A stretch of 64,000 bases of DNA from Phoronis australis (Eukaryota > Animalia > Phoronida), in assembly GCA_002633005.1 (NCBI GenBank), contig NMRA01000019.1, forward strand, positions 1,444,714 through 1,508,713. Direction: 5' to 3'. Position 1 is the first letter of the stretch. Each line of letters opens with the position of its first letter. Both the position numbers and the translations under genes were made by a program. Below the pieces are notes generated by a model. It searched no databases and was not told where the DNA came from. It saw only the letters and a list, made by a program, of their open reading frames with translations. Positions 1-12,305 of the stretch are shown here, one piece after another.

Positions 1-791
1 TAAAAATCACACAACATGTGCGTGTGGATAATTAATAACAATTCGGAAAAACATTCTCAAATTTGGAACAGTGAAAAAATAATTATTGTGCTATAGGTCG
101 GAGTTTGTCCCAAATTTTAGAAATAGACAATAATATTGGCTATCCCAAATTCAAGAATCACCAGAAAGACAGCAAAATAACTCATGCATTGTGTGAAATT
201 TGAAAAATAAATGAACGGCTAAATAGCCCTTGTCCCATATTCCAGAATCTAAAAAAATCAATTTTTACAGGAGTTTTTGTGCCCAAAGTTCTAGAGACTC
301 CCAAACTGGAGAATTTTTACCATAATAATGTAACTGGGGTGAGATAAGTTAATGGAATGCAAATGTTTTCACACATGCCAAGACTATTATCAAAATGGAA
401 GAGGGAATCGCAATGATTCAGGCAGTGCTTCACACCTGCCGTGTCCTACTGTGTATGTCTCAAGCTTATGCTCTGTAGTGACATTACTGCGTCACTTTAT
501 TTCCACTTGAGAATGAAACCAGTCTGTTTTGAAATATCGTGCACCTTTTAATAATGTCTCTTGGTCAGTTACTTCATCAAGGTTTCATTCAGAGTAGAGT
601 TTTATTATGAATGAGAATGAAGACTGTCAATAATGAAAAGTGTCAAGTGTTTAATCAATTCTGCATAAATCAAAGGAACACATTAAAAGGTTATAGAAAA
701 TGTCATATTTGTAAAATTGACCAAATATGTGTGATGTCAAGCTTTTGCACAAATTGCGTCAACCAGAAGAATTTCAAATAAATGGAAATAC

Positions 792-845
792 CTGGTCCCT
801 TTCCTCTGTCTTGCAAACTCTTTACCTGCTCTTTGAGTTCTTCAA
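792..845 (-). CDS. XRCC4: XRCC4-like exon 6 (VEELKEQVKSLQDRGKGP)
   Basis: TTTGCAG acceptor, G|GTATT donor, 54 nt, phase 1/1, continuing the coiled coil. No stop reached, so the gene probably continues leftward; a candidate next exon lies at about 437-473. Confidence 0.65.
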
Positions 846-1265
846 CTGCAAACACACGGGGACAAAAACATCCGATCAGAATATCCAGAGCCAATACCAA
901 TTCATTATAGGCAATGTAACAAGAGGTTTTTAACTCGTGTTGCACGAGTAAGTTAATGGAAGGTTGAGTTTTCATAAACATCCAGTCACATGCAAAAGCT
1001 GGGCGATTTAATTGAAAAATGTCTGAAAAATGGCTTCATCTCTTCAAAGCAAATAGTTAAGAGTGAATTGTAGCATTTTTTTATCTGAGCCAGGCAAAAA
1101 CTCTATGGGATTTTAAAAACACACAAGTTTCTTTAATTACTTCCTAGTAAAATAACGTTCTGGTGTTCAATACTTTAGAACATTTTTGTTGTCATTATAG
1201 GACATCCTGTACATGTACTAGCCAGACCACACTACACAAGCTCTCACAACACTCTCTATGATTAC

Positions 1266-1320
1266 CTTCTTCTGCTAACTCCAAACATTTACGCTTCTTT
1301 GTATTCAACAGTCTTGCTGC
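1266..1320 (-). CDS. XRCC4: XRCC4-like exon 5 (AARLLNTKKRKCLELAEE)
   Basis: TTGCAG acceptor, G|GTAAT donor, 55 nt. 'LLNTKKRK' corresponds to the conserved 'VLNEKKTKI' of XRCC4. Confidence 0.8.
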
Positions 1321-2344
1321 CTGCAACAATACAGCAGCCATAAAATACAAAACCAAAATGAAAATGTGTCGCACAGTGTTTTCATAGTTTAATGAGTGTT
1401 TAATATAGGCCAAATCTTGGGCATTTAAGGGCCAACCAAAACTCACACTTCTCCACAAGTATGCAGCTGACATCAAACAGATTGTTCTACCCTTTTTATC
1501 TGACATTTTTCTGGCAGCTACAAATCTTCAAAAAATGTTGATTTCAACTTTTATAATCCGTTGATTAGAAACATAGTTGTGGCAATTACAGTTTGTTTTG
1601 TTCAACTAGCTTAAGAATGTCAAGCAGTTGAAATAGTCAGAAAATCATCCACACAAATTTTATCAAACAATGATCTTTGATGCTGCAATGTGGGCACTGG
1701 TTTAATCAAACAACTCATAAAAATAGAACATTCAGTACTAACATTTAAGTTAGACATCTCTGTTATATTTGCATTTCAATTGTCGGCACTTGGAATTAAT
1801 TTGACCCTTCCACTTAAATAGTTCCCTACTTAAGTAATTTATTCCCCCTCACTGGGTTACAATTTCCTAATTGGTTATTAATGCTGTAAATATTGTTCGT
1901 AGCTTGGTCTGACGTGACTGTGTAAACACATTGAATGCATCGCAGCAACAATTGAAAAAAAAATGACAGTTTCCGAAAACAAGAGCGGAAACATCGTGGC
2001 TGACAAAACAACGTGCATTACAAGGTCCCTAACACGTCAAATATTAAGTAAAACTATCTACTTGCTGAAAAATTAAACGTCTTCCCCTAAGTCTCTACTG
2101 ATAGACAATAAATCATCGGTATTCTAATTATTGCAATGACTTCATAAGAAAAGTCCCTCATGATCACTTCAAGAAAAGTTTCAGTCATACTCGATAAAGA
2201 TGACCAAAAATAACAACTATTATATTGAAATCCATACGCAGCATGAGCAGAAACTCCTAAAGATTTCTTAATTCCTGTCTGCTCGAGAAAGGGAATTTTT
2301 GTAAAAAGTCACTGGTCATCACAGACTGCACTCCGAGAACTCAC

Positions 2345-2401
2345 CGCGTCATACAGCTGGTTTTCCATTGTTGTTTTAGTCTGCACAACTGTTTCAAGTC
2401 T
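2345..2401 (-). CDS. XRCC4: XRCC4-like exon 4 (RLETVVQTKTTMENQLYDA)
   Basis: TTTCAG acceptor, GCG|GTGAGT donor, 57 nt. Matches the ligase IV-binding helix 'RFEKCVSAKEALETDLY'. Confidence 0.8.
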
Positions 2402-4695
2402 CTGAAAGAAAGAAGCTTTTAAATTAAAAACAGAATCAATGGCAGTACAGCTTCATTTCAGTGTGTTCAGGTGGCTACAATGAAGATCAAATGTAGACTT
2501 TTACTTTTACAAGTTACATCTTGTAACACTTCTCACTATGATGGGATGGCTTTTCCATTACCAACAACAAGACACTCAGAAATCATCAGCTGCCAAGCCC
2601 AATAAACTGTTACAACTTGATTTACGGATATGTTTTGACGTTATGGAATCCTATCACAGTAAGAAATATAACAAGGCCGGTTTTGCGAAAGTAAAATGCC
2701 TACATCAATTCTTCATTTTTAGCAAGTTAGACATATAGGGATTTGCTATTCAAAACCCAAAGGGAGCAATAAAACAACTGTCTTCTCAGCCAGGACCACA
2801 AACCCTTTGTTAACCTGTGTTCATTTAAACAGGCCAACTGAGACAGCTGTGTGACTAAGAGTAATTCCAGTAATAATAACCAGTCAAATGCAAAGGGCCT
2901 GTTGTGTGTGAAAAACAGGCATGATGTACAAGGGGTGGGCAGAAGTCTAAGCCAATATGGGCACTATTTGCCCCTTCAAGCCTAAAATGAATAGCTCCGA
3001 ATGCAGCTTTAAACTGAGATGGCACTAATACAGTGGAGCCAAGTTGATGTCAAACTGGATAATATAATATTATCCTAGTTAATGTCATGAAATGTCAAAA
3101 AACGAATCATTTCCCAGTAAACTTGTGTAAAAAACATGCATAATTTAATAAATTGCAGTCATATTCTAGGATATTGTCGTAAAAAATCTGCAAAACTGAT
3201 TCTAACCACCCTATTAGCATGCATGCTTTTACTTTTCCATCTAAAATCCAATGTAATTCATCTTCAATTCATTCGAGTGGGCGGCAATTGGCATTGCAGT
3301 GCAAAACTTGGGATTTCCTGTTCAGCTGTGATCCTGTACGACTCTTCACTTAACATGATCAGCTTGTAAGAATAGTTACGAGATCACCGCCAAAGGCGCC
3401 AAGTTGGAAGTCTCAATAACAGAATTTCCAGCTTATTATCTTTAATTACATTGAAACCGAAGCTATGACATTAAACGGGCTTCACTGCACAACAGAAAAC
3501 ATTGACTTTTACACAAAATCAAGAATGGCTTAGAAATATTGAGATATGGTTCTTCGTAACAAGGTTCAGCTGCACACCCACCACTCACAGGATCAAGTGT
3601 AGTGGAATTCCTGGGGAACACTAATATCACCACACTCATCACTGTAGATGACTTTGACATGAACAAAGGATATACATGCATTTACTTTCAAAGCGACGAG
3701 ATGTTCATGTTCAGTACATGTGAGGTAAGTAACCATAACTGACAAAAATTGTAATCTCGGTTGAATCTTAAATACATGAAGTTGAAGATGTGTGCAGGTT
3801 CATTATTAAGAACACCTGGTGATAATCCTGCCTTCTGTTTTAGCTATTCGATAGTGAGGCTACTTGAAAAGGTGCCACTTTAAGCACACTAATTATGCAC
3901 CTGTAGCATTAATGTGTTTAACTTAGGAAGTTAGTGAGACTGTAATGAGTACACGATGTCAGGCCGAGGCTGTCTTTTCGCATTATTTGAAACAATTATT
4001 AAGGCTAACAGGAGTATTTGGTGGCGGAGTGTCACCATGGATGAAATTTTTGATAGGCCAAAAGAAATTAAATATTGTCACTTTCATTTCCGCCATGGTT
4101 ATCTTACCACATTTTTTGTAAAAATGTACAACAGACTTGCTGTTTTCCAATGTTGTTCAGTGAATAAAATGATTTCTGGGCTGTTTTTATGAAATGAATA
4201 TGAAATTCACCAAAAAAACGAAAAGTAGCTCCACTGGATCTCAGAGTTTGGAAGTGTGTGGTGAATACTATGTAAATGCAAAAATCCAGTCCTTAAACTT
4301 TCCTATGACCATACTAAAGCAGCATGGGTTATAGCTATTTCTATATGCAAAATGGAGATGCTGTGTAAAAATTTTAAAAGCAATAAAACACTTTATCTTT
4401 ACTGAGTTTAGCTATTCACTAATCCATAGGGGTTAAATATGTTCTCAGTCAAGAGTATAAACCCTTTGCTAAGATGTGTTTAGTTACACAGTCCACCTTG
4501 GACAGTTGTATGATTAAGAGCAGTGTTCACAAAAACTGCTTTCAGTGACCATGCACGACAAATTCAAAAGGACTAGTGTGTATGTCACATGATGTACAAC
4601 AATCCACAAAATTCTAAGCCAACATGCTCTTCAGTTATCACATGCAATTTGAAAATGTCTTGCACTGTATGGCTGTGTGTTTGTATAACACAAAC

Positions 4696-4860
4696 CTTCA
4701 GGGCAGCTTCTCTGTCCTTCACCAGCAACTCTTTCTCAACATTATACTGCTTCAATCTCACATTGGCATCACGCAGACTTTGTATAGCAAACAACAACAT
4801 ATTGCTAGTAACTGATGAAGGGTCATCCTGTGGCTTTAGTTCAGTTTGACACAGTTGCAC
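4696..4860 (-). CDS. XRCC4: XRCC4-like exon 3 (VQLCQTELKPQDDPSSVTSNMLLFAIQSLRDANVRLKQYNVEKELLVKDREAALK)
   Basis: TACAG acceptor, GT donor, 165 nt, phase 0/0. Head-to-coiled-coil transition like XRCC4 'NLEKVENPAEVIRELI...ENERLLRD'. Confidence 0.8.
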
Positions 4861-5414
4861 CTGTAAAAGGTTATCAGTTTTGATGTACTTCATTTGCCTC
4901 AAATCAACATTCAAATGACCAGTACATTAATGTGTCTGATGTGACAATTGCATTTTGTATTAAGTTGTGTTGAAAGTCTGACACGATGCAGGATGGAGGC
5001 TCTTGGTTACATTCAAATGAACACCCTAAAACCATGTGGTAGTAATTGAATCAATTAATCGACTTTTGAGTGAACATAGACAACTGTAAAACGTAACACT
5101 CAACACCAATGTATTAATTCCGGATTTTCAAACATACTTTTCTTCATTGACAAGGACAAACTAACGTGATAAAAGCACACGGAAAACACAATATTCTAGG
5201 ATCAAAGAACATGTATGCTACCAATTTAATATCAGAAAAAATACAAGAAAGGGCAACATTTGGCGGCAAGTATTAAGTAGAGTATCAGAAAACAAATTAC
5301 CCTTGCATAAGAGTTTAATAAAGGAATGTGACAAAATGTCAACAGATATATATGCGTTTTTTTAAACAAGCAGAAATGGGCGCAGCAGCAACTGATCCCG
5401 CATGTGATACAAAC

Positions 5415-5572
5415 CTTAATTCCAGAATCTAAGCAGTGTTTGACGATAAATTTCACGGAGCCGTCCTTATTTGTAGTGACACTGAATTCAAACTGACTCC
5501 CACCTTCAGTTAGAGCACATTTCAGTTGAGACATCAGAGATTCTTTTGCACGGGACATTTCATTAAGAGAAC
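5415..5572 (-). CDS. XRCC4: XRCC4-like exon 2 (GSLNEMSRAKESLMSQLKCALTEGGSQFEFSVTTNKDGSVKFIVKHCLDSGIK)
   Basis: CAG acceptor, AAG|GTTTGT donor, 158 nt, phase 1 to 0. 'LKCALT...FEF' parallels XRCC4 'LRKALL...YTFNF'. Confidence 0.8.
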
Positions 5573-6633
5573 CTGATAAACAGAGAAACAAGAATAATGT
5601 GATAAAATGTACAAATTTAACAAAGGTGGCTTTTCGTTGGGCTCATGCAATTCAGGCCCCCTTACCTCCTAGACAGTTCCACCACTTGAACATGGCCATG
5701 TGCAGTAAACTTTTTAGCAAATTACACCTCACACTGACTGAAACATCCAATTAATGTTGCTATAAGCACCTTTTGATCACGCTGGGACACCTTAGCAAGC
5801 TGCTGATGAATTTATCACTTCCCATTTCAGATAAACGCTGCAGCAATTAACTTTTTTTCCAATAGTCCTTTGTTGCGTCAAAGAAACTGATCACTGAATG
5901 CCATTACAGTCAGGGTGCTCAAGGACAAACGGAAACATACAGAGGGTTATTGAAGGTCACTTATGCCTCAGTCACTATGAGAGGCATAGCCAACTCTCAG
6001 ACATGACAAAAATTACACCAGCTGCAAACATTTAGATTCAGATATTGTGATCAAGTGCTCCATCCCCACACCCTAGATTTGCAAGTGTTTAAAATAAATC
6101 AACATGCATAACATCACATCAAAGCTTGCTTCCACAAACTAGAGAAGACTCTGTTGTAGAGGCAGCAATAATGACAGGCATGGCTAAAAGCGCCAATAGC
6201 ATACAAGCTGCATTTCACCACATTCAGCTGCATGATGGATATTAGAATCAGGGCAGATGCTCTCAAAATCTGGCCGCAATATTTCCTTACCAGATCTGTT
6301 TTGGTAATGAAAATATTATACGACTGACTTATGCAAGTGAAATGCTGAGTTTTATACAAATGCTGCTTTAACCAAACTTGGAGTAATGCATCAACATAAT
6401 GACAGAGATGAACTTAGCCTCTTAGTCTTAGGCTTTAGGCAGTTGACCACCGTCCTCCTGGCACCACCTGTGATGCCAGTAGGACGGTGGTCACTGTCTA
6501 TCATCAACTTGTCACTCATTCCTCATTAGCTACACATGCAGCAGTTTTGTACCAAGCCAACTCAAGAACTAACCAGCCAGCTAGCTGCGAAGTGTCAAAT
6601 TACAGCTCTCCTGATATCCAGGCAGATATCAAC

Positions 6634-6715
6634 CACAGGCGTCCTCAGCTTCTGATCGTCCCCAATACACTACATATTGGGGACGATCAGAAGCTGAGGA
6701 CGCCTGTGATAGTGT
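6634..6715. mobile_element. Hairpin MITE (perfect 34-bp arms) with 9-bp direct flanks, in XRCC4 intron 1
   Basis: Arms 6634-6667 and 6675-6708 are exact reverse complements. GATATCAAC occurs at 6625-6633 and 6716-6724. Confidence 0.75.
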
Positions 6716-6773
6716 GATATCAACTGTGGTTGAGATATAACTCAAGAGACGACCTAGGTCACGTCTACGTTAC

Positions 6774-6897
6774 CTTGTCCCTTCCATCCATTGATGCCGT
6801 CATTAAGCATGAGGGTCACATCTTTACCATCATCTGAGAACTTGGTCATCAGAAAGAAGCTATTGTTTTGGTCATCGATATGGGTTAAGTACTGCAT
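6774..6897 (-). CDS. XRCC4: XRCC4-like DNA repair protein, coding exon 1 (MQYLTHIDDQNNSFFLMTKFSDDGKDVTLMLNDGINGWKGQ)
   Basis: ATG at 6897, open for 124 nt, donor G|GTAAC (phase 1). 'LMLNDGINGWKG' resembles the XRCC4 head motif 'ITLTDGHSAWTG'. Confidence 0.8.
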
Positions 6898-6934
6898 GTT
6901 TGTTTGTCTCAGAGAACCGGGGCAGACCATCAGC

Positions 6935-6970
6935 CGTTAGATGTCGCGACAAAACCAGGAAGTAAAAATT
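6935..6970 (-). promoter_or_regulatory. Candidate proximal promoter of the XRCC4-like gene
   Basis: Palindrome TGTCGCGACA (TCTCGCGAGA-like) and ETS-type CAGGAAGT about 45-70 nt upstream of the ATG. Motif match only. Confidence 0.35.
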
Positions 6971-7396
6971 AGATCTTTAAATTTTGTATTTTGATTGAAT
7001 AGCAAATATTTTTGAAAATTATTTCCAACTTCAAGACTATTTTTAAAGAAAAAATAATAGTTAACAATATTTTCAGTGAATAAAACTAGTTTTACTACTA
7101 CAATTTGACGGAGACGTCACGGCAAAATATCAATAACTAAAAAAGTTTGACCTGTTAAAAGGGACAACTTGGCACAAATGCGAAAATGGTAAGTGGGGCC
7201 TTTTCACTCTCTGGTGTTCAAGTGTGTGCGCACCGAACTCCATCATCACTCAGCGTCGATTTTCTCGCAGTCGATCAGTTTTGGTCCTTCAGCTCCCTTT
7301 GATGTCACTGATTTAACTGATTGCAAACTTTCATGGAGACAATCACTAACTAAACTAAAGCAGTGATGACTGTAGGTAGGGACTGCTGTAGGCCTG

Positions 7397-8048
7397 TAGG
7401 CAATGACCATCGCCTCTGTTGGCCCGAACCAGAGGCGATGCAGAGGCTATAGGCGCTCTGTACGCCGGAAGCTTTTCGGCGAATCATGCCTCGCACCGAC
7501 TAAACCATCAAAGTCACGTTTTTATAAATACTTTGCGCATAGAGGAACACCTTAAGAGGTTGTCGATGTGTTTAAGTCCTTCCAACTCGAACAAATACTC
7601 CCGTTATGAAACTTTTTCTTCGATCAGTCCCTATTTTCCACTGAAACATATAGAATCTGGGTTTTGTATCGTTCAATGGTGAGAGTGCCTGATTGTGTTT
7701 ACAGTCCTAACACGGTTTTAAGATTTTTTGGCATGGCAAGATTGTTTGCAGTGATTGTCTAAAAGTTTGTGTTCACCTCCTTCATAGGTCCTTCAGGTGG
7801 GTGCATAGGCAATGACCATCGCCTCTGTTGGCCCGAAGCAGAGGCGATGTAGAGGCTATAGGCGCTCTGTACGCCGGAAGCTTTTCGTCGAATTTTGCCT
7901 CGCACCGACTAAACCATCAAAGTCACGTTGTTATAAATACCTTTTGCGCACAGAGGAACACCTTAGGAGGTTGTCGATGTGTTTAATTCCTTCCAACTCG
8001 AACAAATACTCCCGTTATGAAACTTTTTCGTCGAGCAGTCCCTATTTC
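7397..8048 (+). repeat. Local duplication of a ~240-bp segment (7397-7637 and 7806-8048)
   Basis: Both copies run TAGGCAATGACCATCGCCTCTGTTGGCCCGAA...CAGTCCCTATTT with scattered substitutions. Confidence 0.9.
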
Positions 8049-8443
8049 AGTTCCCAAAATCGTGAACTCACCATTTTTATACTGCGCACGCTCCAATTCA
8101 TGACCTCAATCTTTAAATAGGCCAAAGGTGAGCCGTTGCGGTCTTGTCAGTCAAATGTTCGTTTCCAAAATGCCACCACTTATACTTGTCTTTAATTGGC
8201 GTTACTTGAAACTGATAGTATTTCAATGAATCATTGTTTGTATTTGATAAAAATAAATGCTGTTGATATGACATTTAATAGTCTTTGTGCACATATTTGA
8301 CATTTTAATGTTTAACAACACGGCAAATGCACGGCTGGTTCCCGGCAGCACGTACGCGAAGGGCGGGAACTTCAGCTTTCAAAGTTCGCCGGTAGGTCCG
8401 CAACTTCTGACCTTCGGCCTGGTTAAAAAAATGAAAAAGTTGA

Positions 8444-9005
8444 NNNNNNNNNNNNNNNNNNNNNNNNNNNNNNNNNNNNNNNNNNNNNNNNNNNNNNNNN
8501 NNNNNNNNNNNNNNNNNNNNNNNNNNNNNNNNNNNNNNNNNNNNNNNNNNNNNNNNNNNNNNNNNNNNNNNNNNNNNNNNNNNNNNNNNNNNNNNNNNNN
8601 NNNNNNNNNNNNNNNNNNNNNNNNNNNNNNNNNNNNNNNNNNNNNNNNNNNNNNNNNNNNNNNNNNNNNNNNNNNNNNNNNNNNNNNNNNNNNNNNNNNN
8701 NNNNNNNNNNNNNNNNNNNNNNNNNNNNNNNNNNNNNNNNNNNNNNNNNNNNNNNNNNNNNNNNNNNNNNNNNNNNNNNNNNNNNNNNNNNNNNNNNNNN
8801 NNNNNNNNNNNNNNNNNNNNNNNNNNNNNNNNNNNNNNNNNNNNNNNNNNNNNNNNNNNNNNNNNNNNNNNNNNNNNNNNNNNNNNNNNNNNNNNNNNNN
8901 NNNNNNNNNNNNNNNNNNNNNNNNNNNNNNNNNNNNNNNNNNNNNNNNNNNNNNNNNNNNNNNNNNNNNNNNNNNNNNNNNNNNNNNNNNNNNNNNNNNN
9001 NNNNN
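8444..9005. other. Assembly gap (N run)
   Basis: 562 N. Confidence 1.
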
Positions 9006-9460
9006 GGTCAAATCTTGAGTTTATACTTGAGTTTGTAGGTCAAATCTTGAGTTTATACTTGAGTTTGTAGGTCAAATCTTGAGTTTATACTTGAGTTTGT
9101 AGGTCAAATCTTGAGTTTATACTTGAGTTTGTAGGTCAAATCTTGAGTTTATACTTGAGTTTGTAGGTCAAATCTTGAGTTTATACTTGAGTTTGTAGGT
9201 CAAATCTTGAGTTTATACTTGAGTTTGTAGGTCAAATCTTGAGTTTATACTTGAGTTTGTAGGTCAAATCTTGAGTTTATACTTGAGTTTGTAGGTCAAA
9301 TCTTGAGTTTATACTTGAGTTTGTAGGTCAAATCTTGAGTTTATACTTGAGTTTGTAGGTTAAATCTTGAGTTTATACTTGAGTTTGTAGGTCAAATCTT
9401 GAGTTTATACTTGAGTTTTTTTAGTCAAATCTTGAGTTTATACTTGAGTTTGTAGGTCAA
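9006..9460. repeat. 32-bp minisatellite (GGTCAAATCTTGAGTTTATACTTGAGTTTGTA), ~14 copies
   Basis: Period 32 (9006, 9038, ...) with near-identical copies abutting the gap; CTTGAGTTT occurs twice per unit. Confidence 0.95.
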
Positions 9461-12305
9461 GTCATGAAGTGGAAACTTGGACTAGAAACTCGTATTCATC
9501 AATTATAATGAACTCAAACAGTCAGATACCTATCTTGAGTTTGCATAAAAGTGGAACAGAAAATGCCAAAAATGATTACGAGTTCGATTTGGAGTACAAA
9601 TATTCGTCTCAGGCCCTATATCTCCCAACGGTGGACATGATGCTCTTGCCAAACTTATTACCCTCACGCTGGCATCATCTCACAAGCATAGTTTGCCTTT
9701 AATGTTCGAAACCTGGTGTGAAACCAGTGTTAAAAGCTCTTTCGCTATTACTTTTTCTAAGTTTTCAAAAGAAATTGGCAATTCTGCAAACTTAAATCAG
9801 CATTTCAATCTGTGCTACTTTTTCAAAGTTTTGAAGAGACATTAGCACATTGTGTTCAAACCCTCTTTATGCCTTGGTTATTTGGCTGCATATTTGAAAC
9901 GTGTATTTGTGTTGGCTTATGCACTAAAGAGGCATTTCACCAATGCTTTGCTTGCAATGTTGAATTCTTATTTAAAGTGCTTCGAGTCTTGAAAAGATTA
10001 CTACGCTCACCCAATTTTGAATTTTGAAATGAGCTGGCCACTCCAGTTGAAGGCAGTGCGTGCATGGGCCATTTTCAACAGTTTGAATGTTGGCCAACCC
10101 CAATAGAGTCTGAAGCCGCGTCTCGAGTTGGTGATGATCTTGATGTTTTTGTTGCTAAAAATCCTGTCAGAGTAAGGTATAATGTGATACAGATTTTGTG
10201 AGACTGGTAAATGACCTAAGTTTTCTTGCAAACTAAACGATGGTGTTACATATTTAAATTCTTGAAAAGTAGCTTGTTGTTCAGTTCAGTTTCAGTTTAC
10301 ATGATTTGTTCCTTTGTGTCTGTTTTAGGTGAAAGGAAAAGTCCTTATGTGGCCTTTTGTTGCGTAGCAATGGCTTTCAGTATCCTGTTCTGGACATAGT
10401 GACCTGTGTTGAGACTGATATTTATTGGAAAGTACAGCTGACATTCTCACCAGTTGGATTTACGATCTGTCAGCTAGAGATACACATGCGTCTTGAGTCG
10501 AGAACGTTGTGCAGTTGTCACAGGACTGCCTATACTGGCAGTTGTTTGCAACCTGATGCAAACACAAAAATGAATTGAGATTTTGTTCTCTTGAACAAAG
10601 GGCATTGAAGGTGCGTTCCGATTTGTGGAGAGACATGTTAATATGTTGATGCTAGTATATATCACTGAGCGTGGCTCTTTGTAAATAGTGGTAAAGTTTA
10701 GAAAGTGCATTTGTAATTGAAAATGTAATACAGTATATTTATGTCAACCGTTTGTAGATTTTAATGAATTCATTCACCTGACATAATTTATAGCAAAATA
10801 CTTTTCCAGGCATTGTTAAGTTTGCTACTGTCGGAGTTGTTATTAAATTGCCATGGGACTGTGTTCTTCACCTCAATTTTTATGTAAAATTTCTCCCTGA
10901 ACAATTTCTGTCATTCTATCATAAGAGTCTTGAATGAAATTATGAATTCCAAAAAATGAAAAAACGGCTGTCGAAATATAATATTAGGCGCCTTGGCAGT
11001 AGGGCGTTTGCTTTCACTAGAGAAATGGTGGCCTCTTGTGTGCATGTCCTTAGAAGAGGAAACATTAGGCAGAGGGTAACTAATTTGACCTCATCAAACC
11101 TTTATCCGCCATGACGGATTTTCTTATCTCAAACCAGCAACGTTTCGATCGGTGGTCGTCGCCAATTTGCAGCCCGCAAAAAGCGTGCGGACTTTGCTGT
11201 TAGGGTGCATACTTCAGGATCCTTGCAGCCACGTGAAACTCGGGATTTAATAAAATTTCATGATACTACGTACAGTAGATGTGAACACTAACCGCGTTAC
11301 GCGTTTGAACATGTGTAACGTTTGGTGGCAGCATTTTTATGTAATTCAACCTGAAGTTATTAGGGTAGGAAAATGAGTGTGTGCGCGTGCGCGTGCGTGT
11401 GAGTGAGACTTGCGAAACTTGGGATTACTTGAGTTTCGAAGAGGACACGGATGCCTGAGATCAAGACTCACTTTGATGTGGCGCGGTTCCGGGTCTCTGG
11501 TAACCCGCTGATGCACTTCCTGCTTCAAATACCCTTCGTGGAAAACGAGTACCCAATTTTTTGACAGAGAGGACGGCTATAAAATCACCAGGTGCATTGT
11601 CAGATGATGGGATTTGCAGGAATGTTCGATCTGCTTCTAAGTTCATTCAAGCAACATTAATTTCATAGAGTTGTCAAAAAATCCCCAATTTAAATCCGAA
11701 ACCTTAGAGCCTTTGTAGGTCACCATGAGGCAATGACAACTTTTTGGGTGCGAATACTTTGAAGTAGAAAATCCGGAATTCGTAGCAATTCCCGAAGGCA
11801 TGCGCGTTGAAAGACAGTTGACGGGCAGCCGGGAAAGCATGGAAGACTGCGCATCTGACGGGGGCAGGGGTGTTAAAGTTGAGGGCCCTCCCCCCAAAGA
11901 AATATTCAAAATTTCTCCGCAGTGAATTCTAGCTCATAGTTGTAGTAGCCTGTTAATGATTACGTAGCCCACACGTTTACCACGTTATTTCGTTGAAAGT
12001 TTGGGCGCTGCACACGGTCATCCACACAAGCATGTCTTGACAATAATCGAGTTTTCTACATGCCATTCAACATCCTCTTCGGCCAAGATGGATATACTAT
12101 TCTCGGGATTCTTCGCACTAAGAATATTCTGTGCCTGGCTAAAGGAAGCCCAAGTTGGTTCGCAAAGCTGACGGCGGGAGTTTTTACTACTGTCACAATG
12201 CATTGTGTCTCTTTGAATAAGACATCTCATTTGTTCGTTCTCTGTAGGCTGTCCCCGAACCCGGCCGGCGGAATAATCAACGACACTCTATGTTTTTGAA
12301 AATAA

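Noticed and set aside
8287-9018. 243-aa and 210-aa ORFs in the track
   Set aside because: They are made almost entirely of N-gap codons.
9006-9460. CRISPR-like 32-bp repeat
   Set aside because: Head-to-tail identical units with no unique spacers, no cas genes, and a eukaryotic context.
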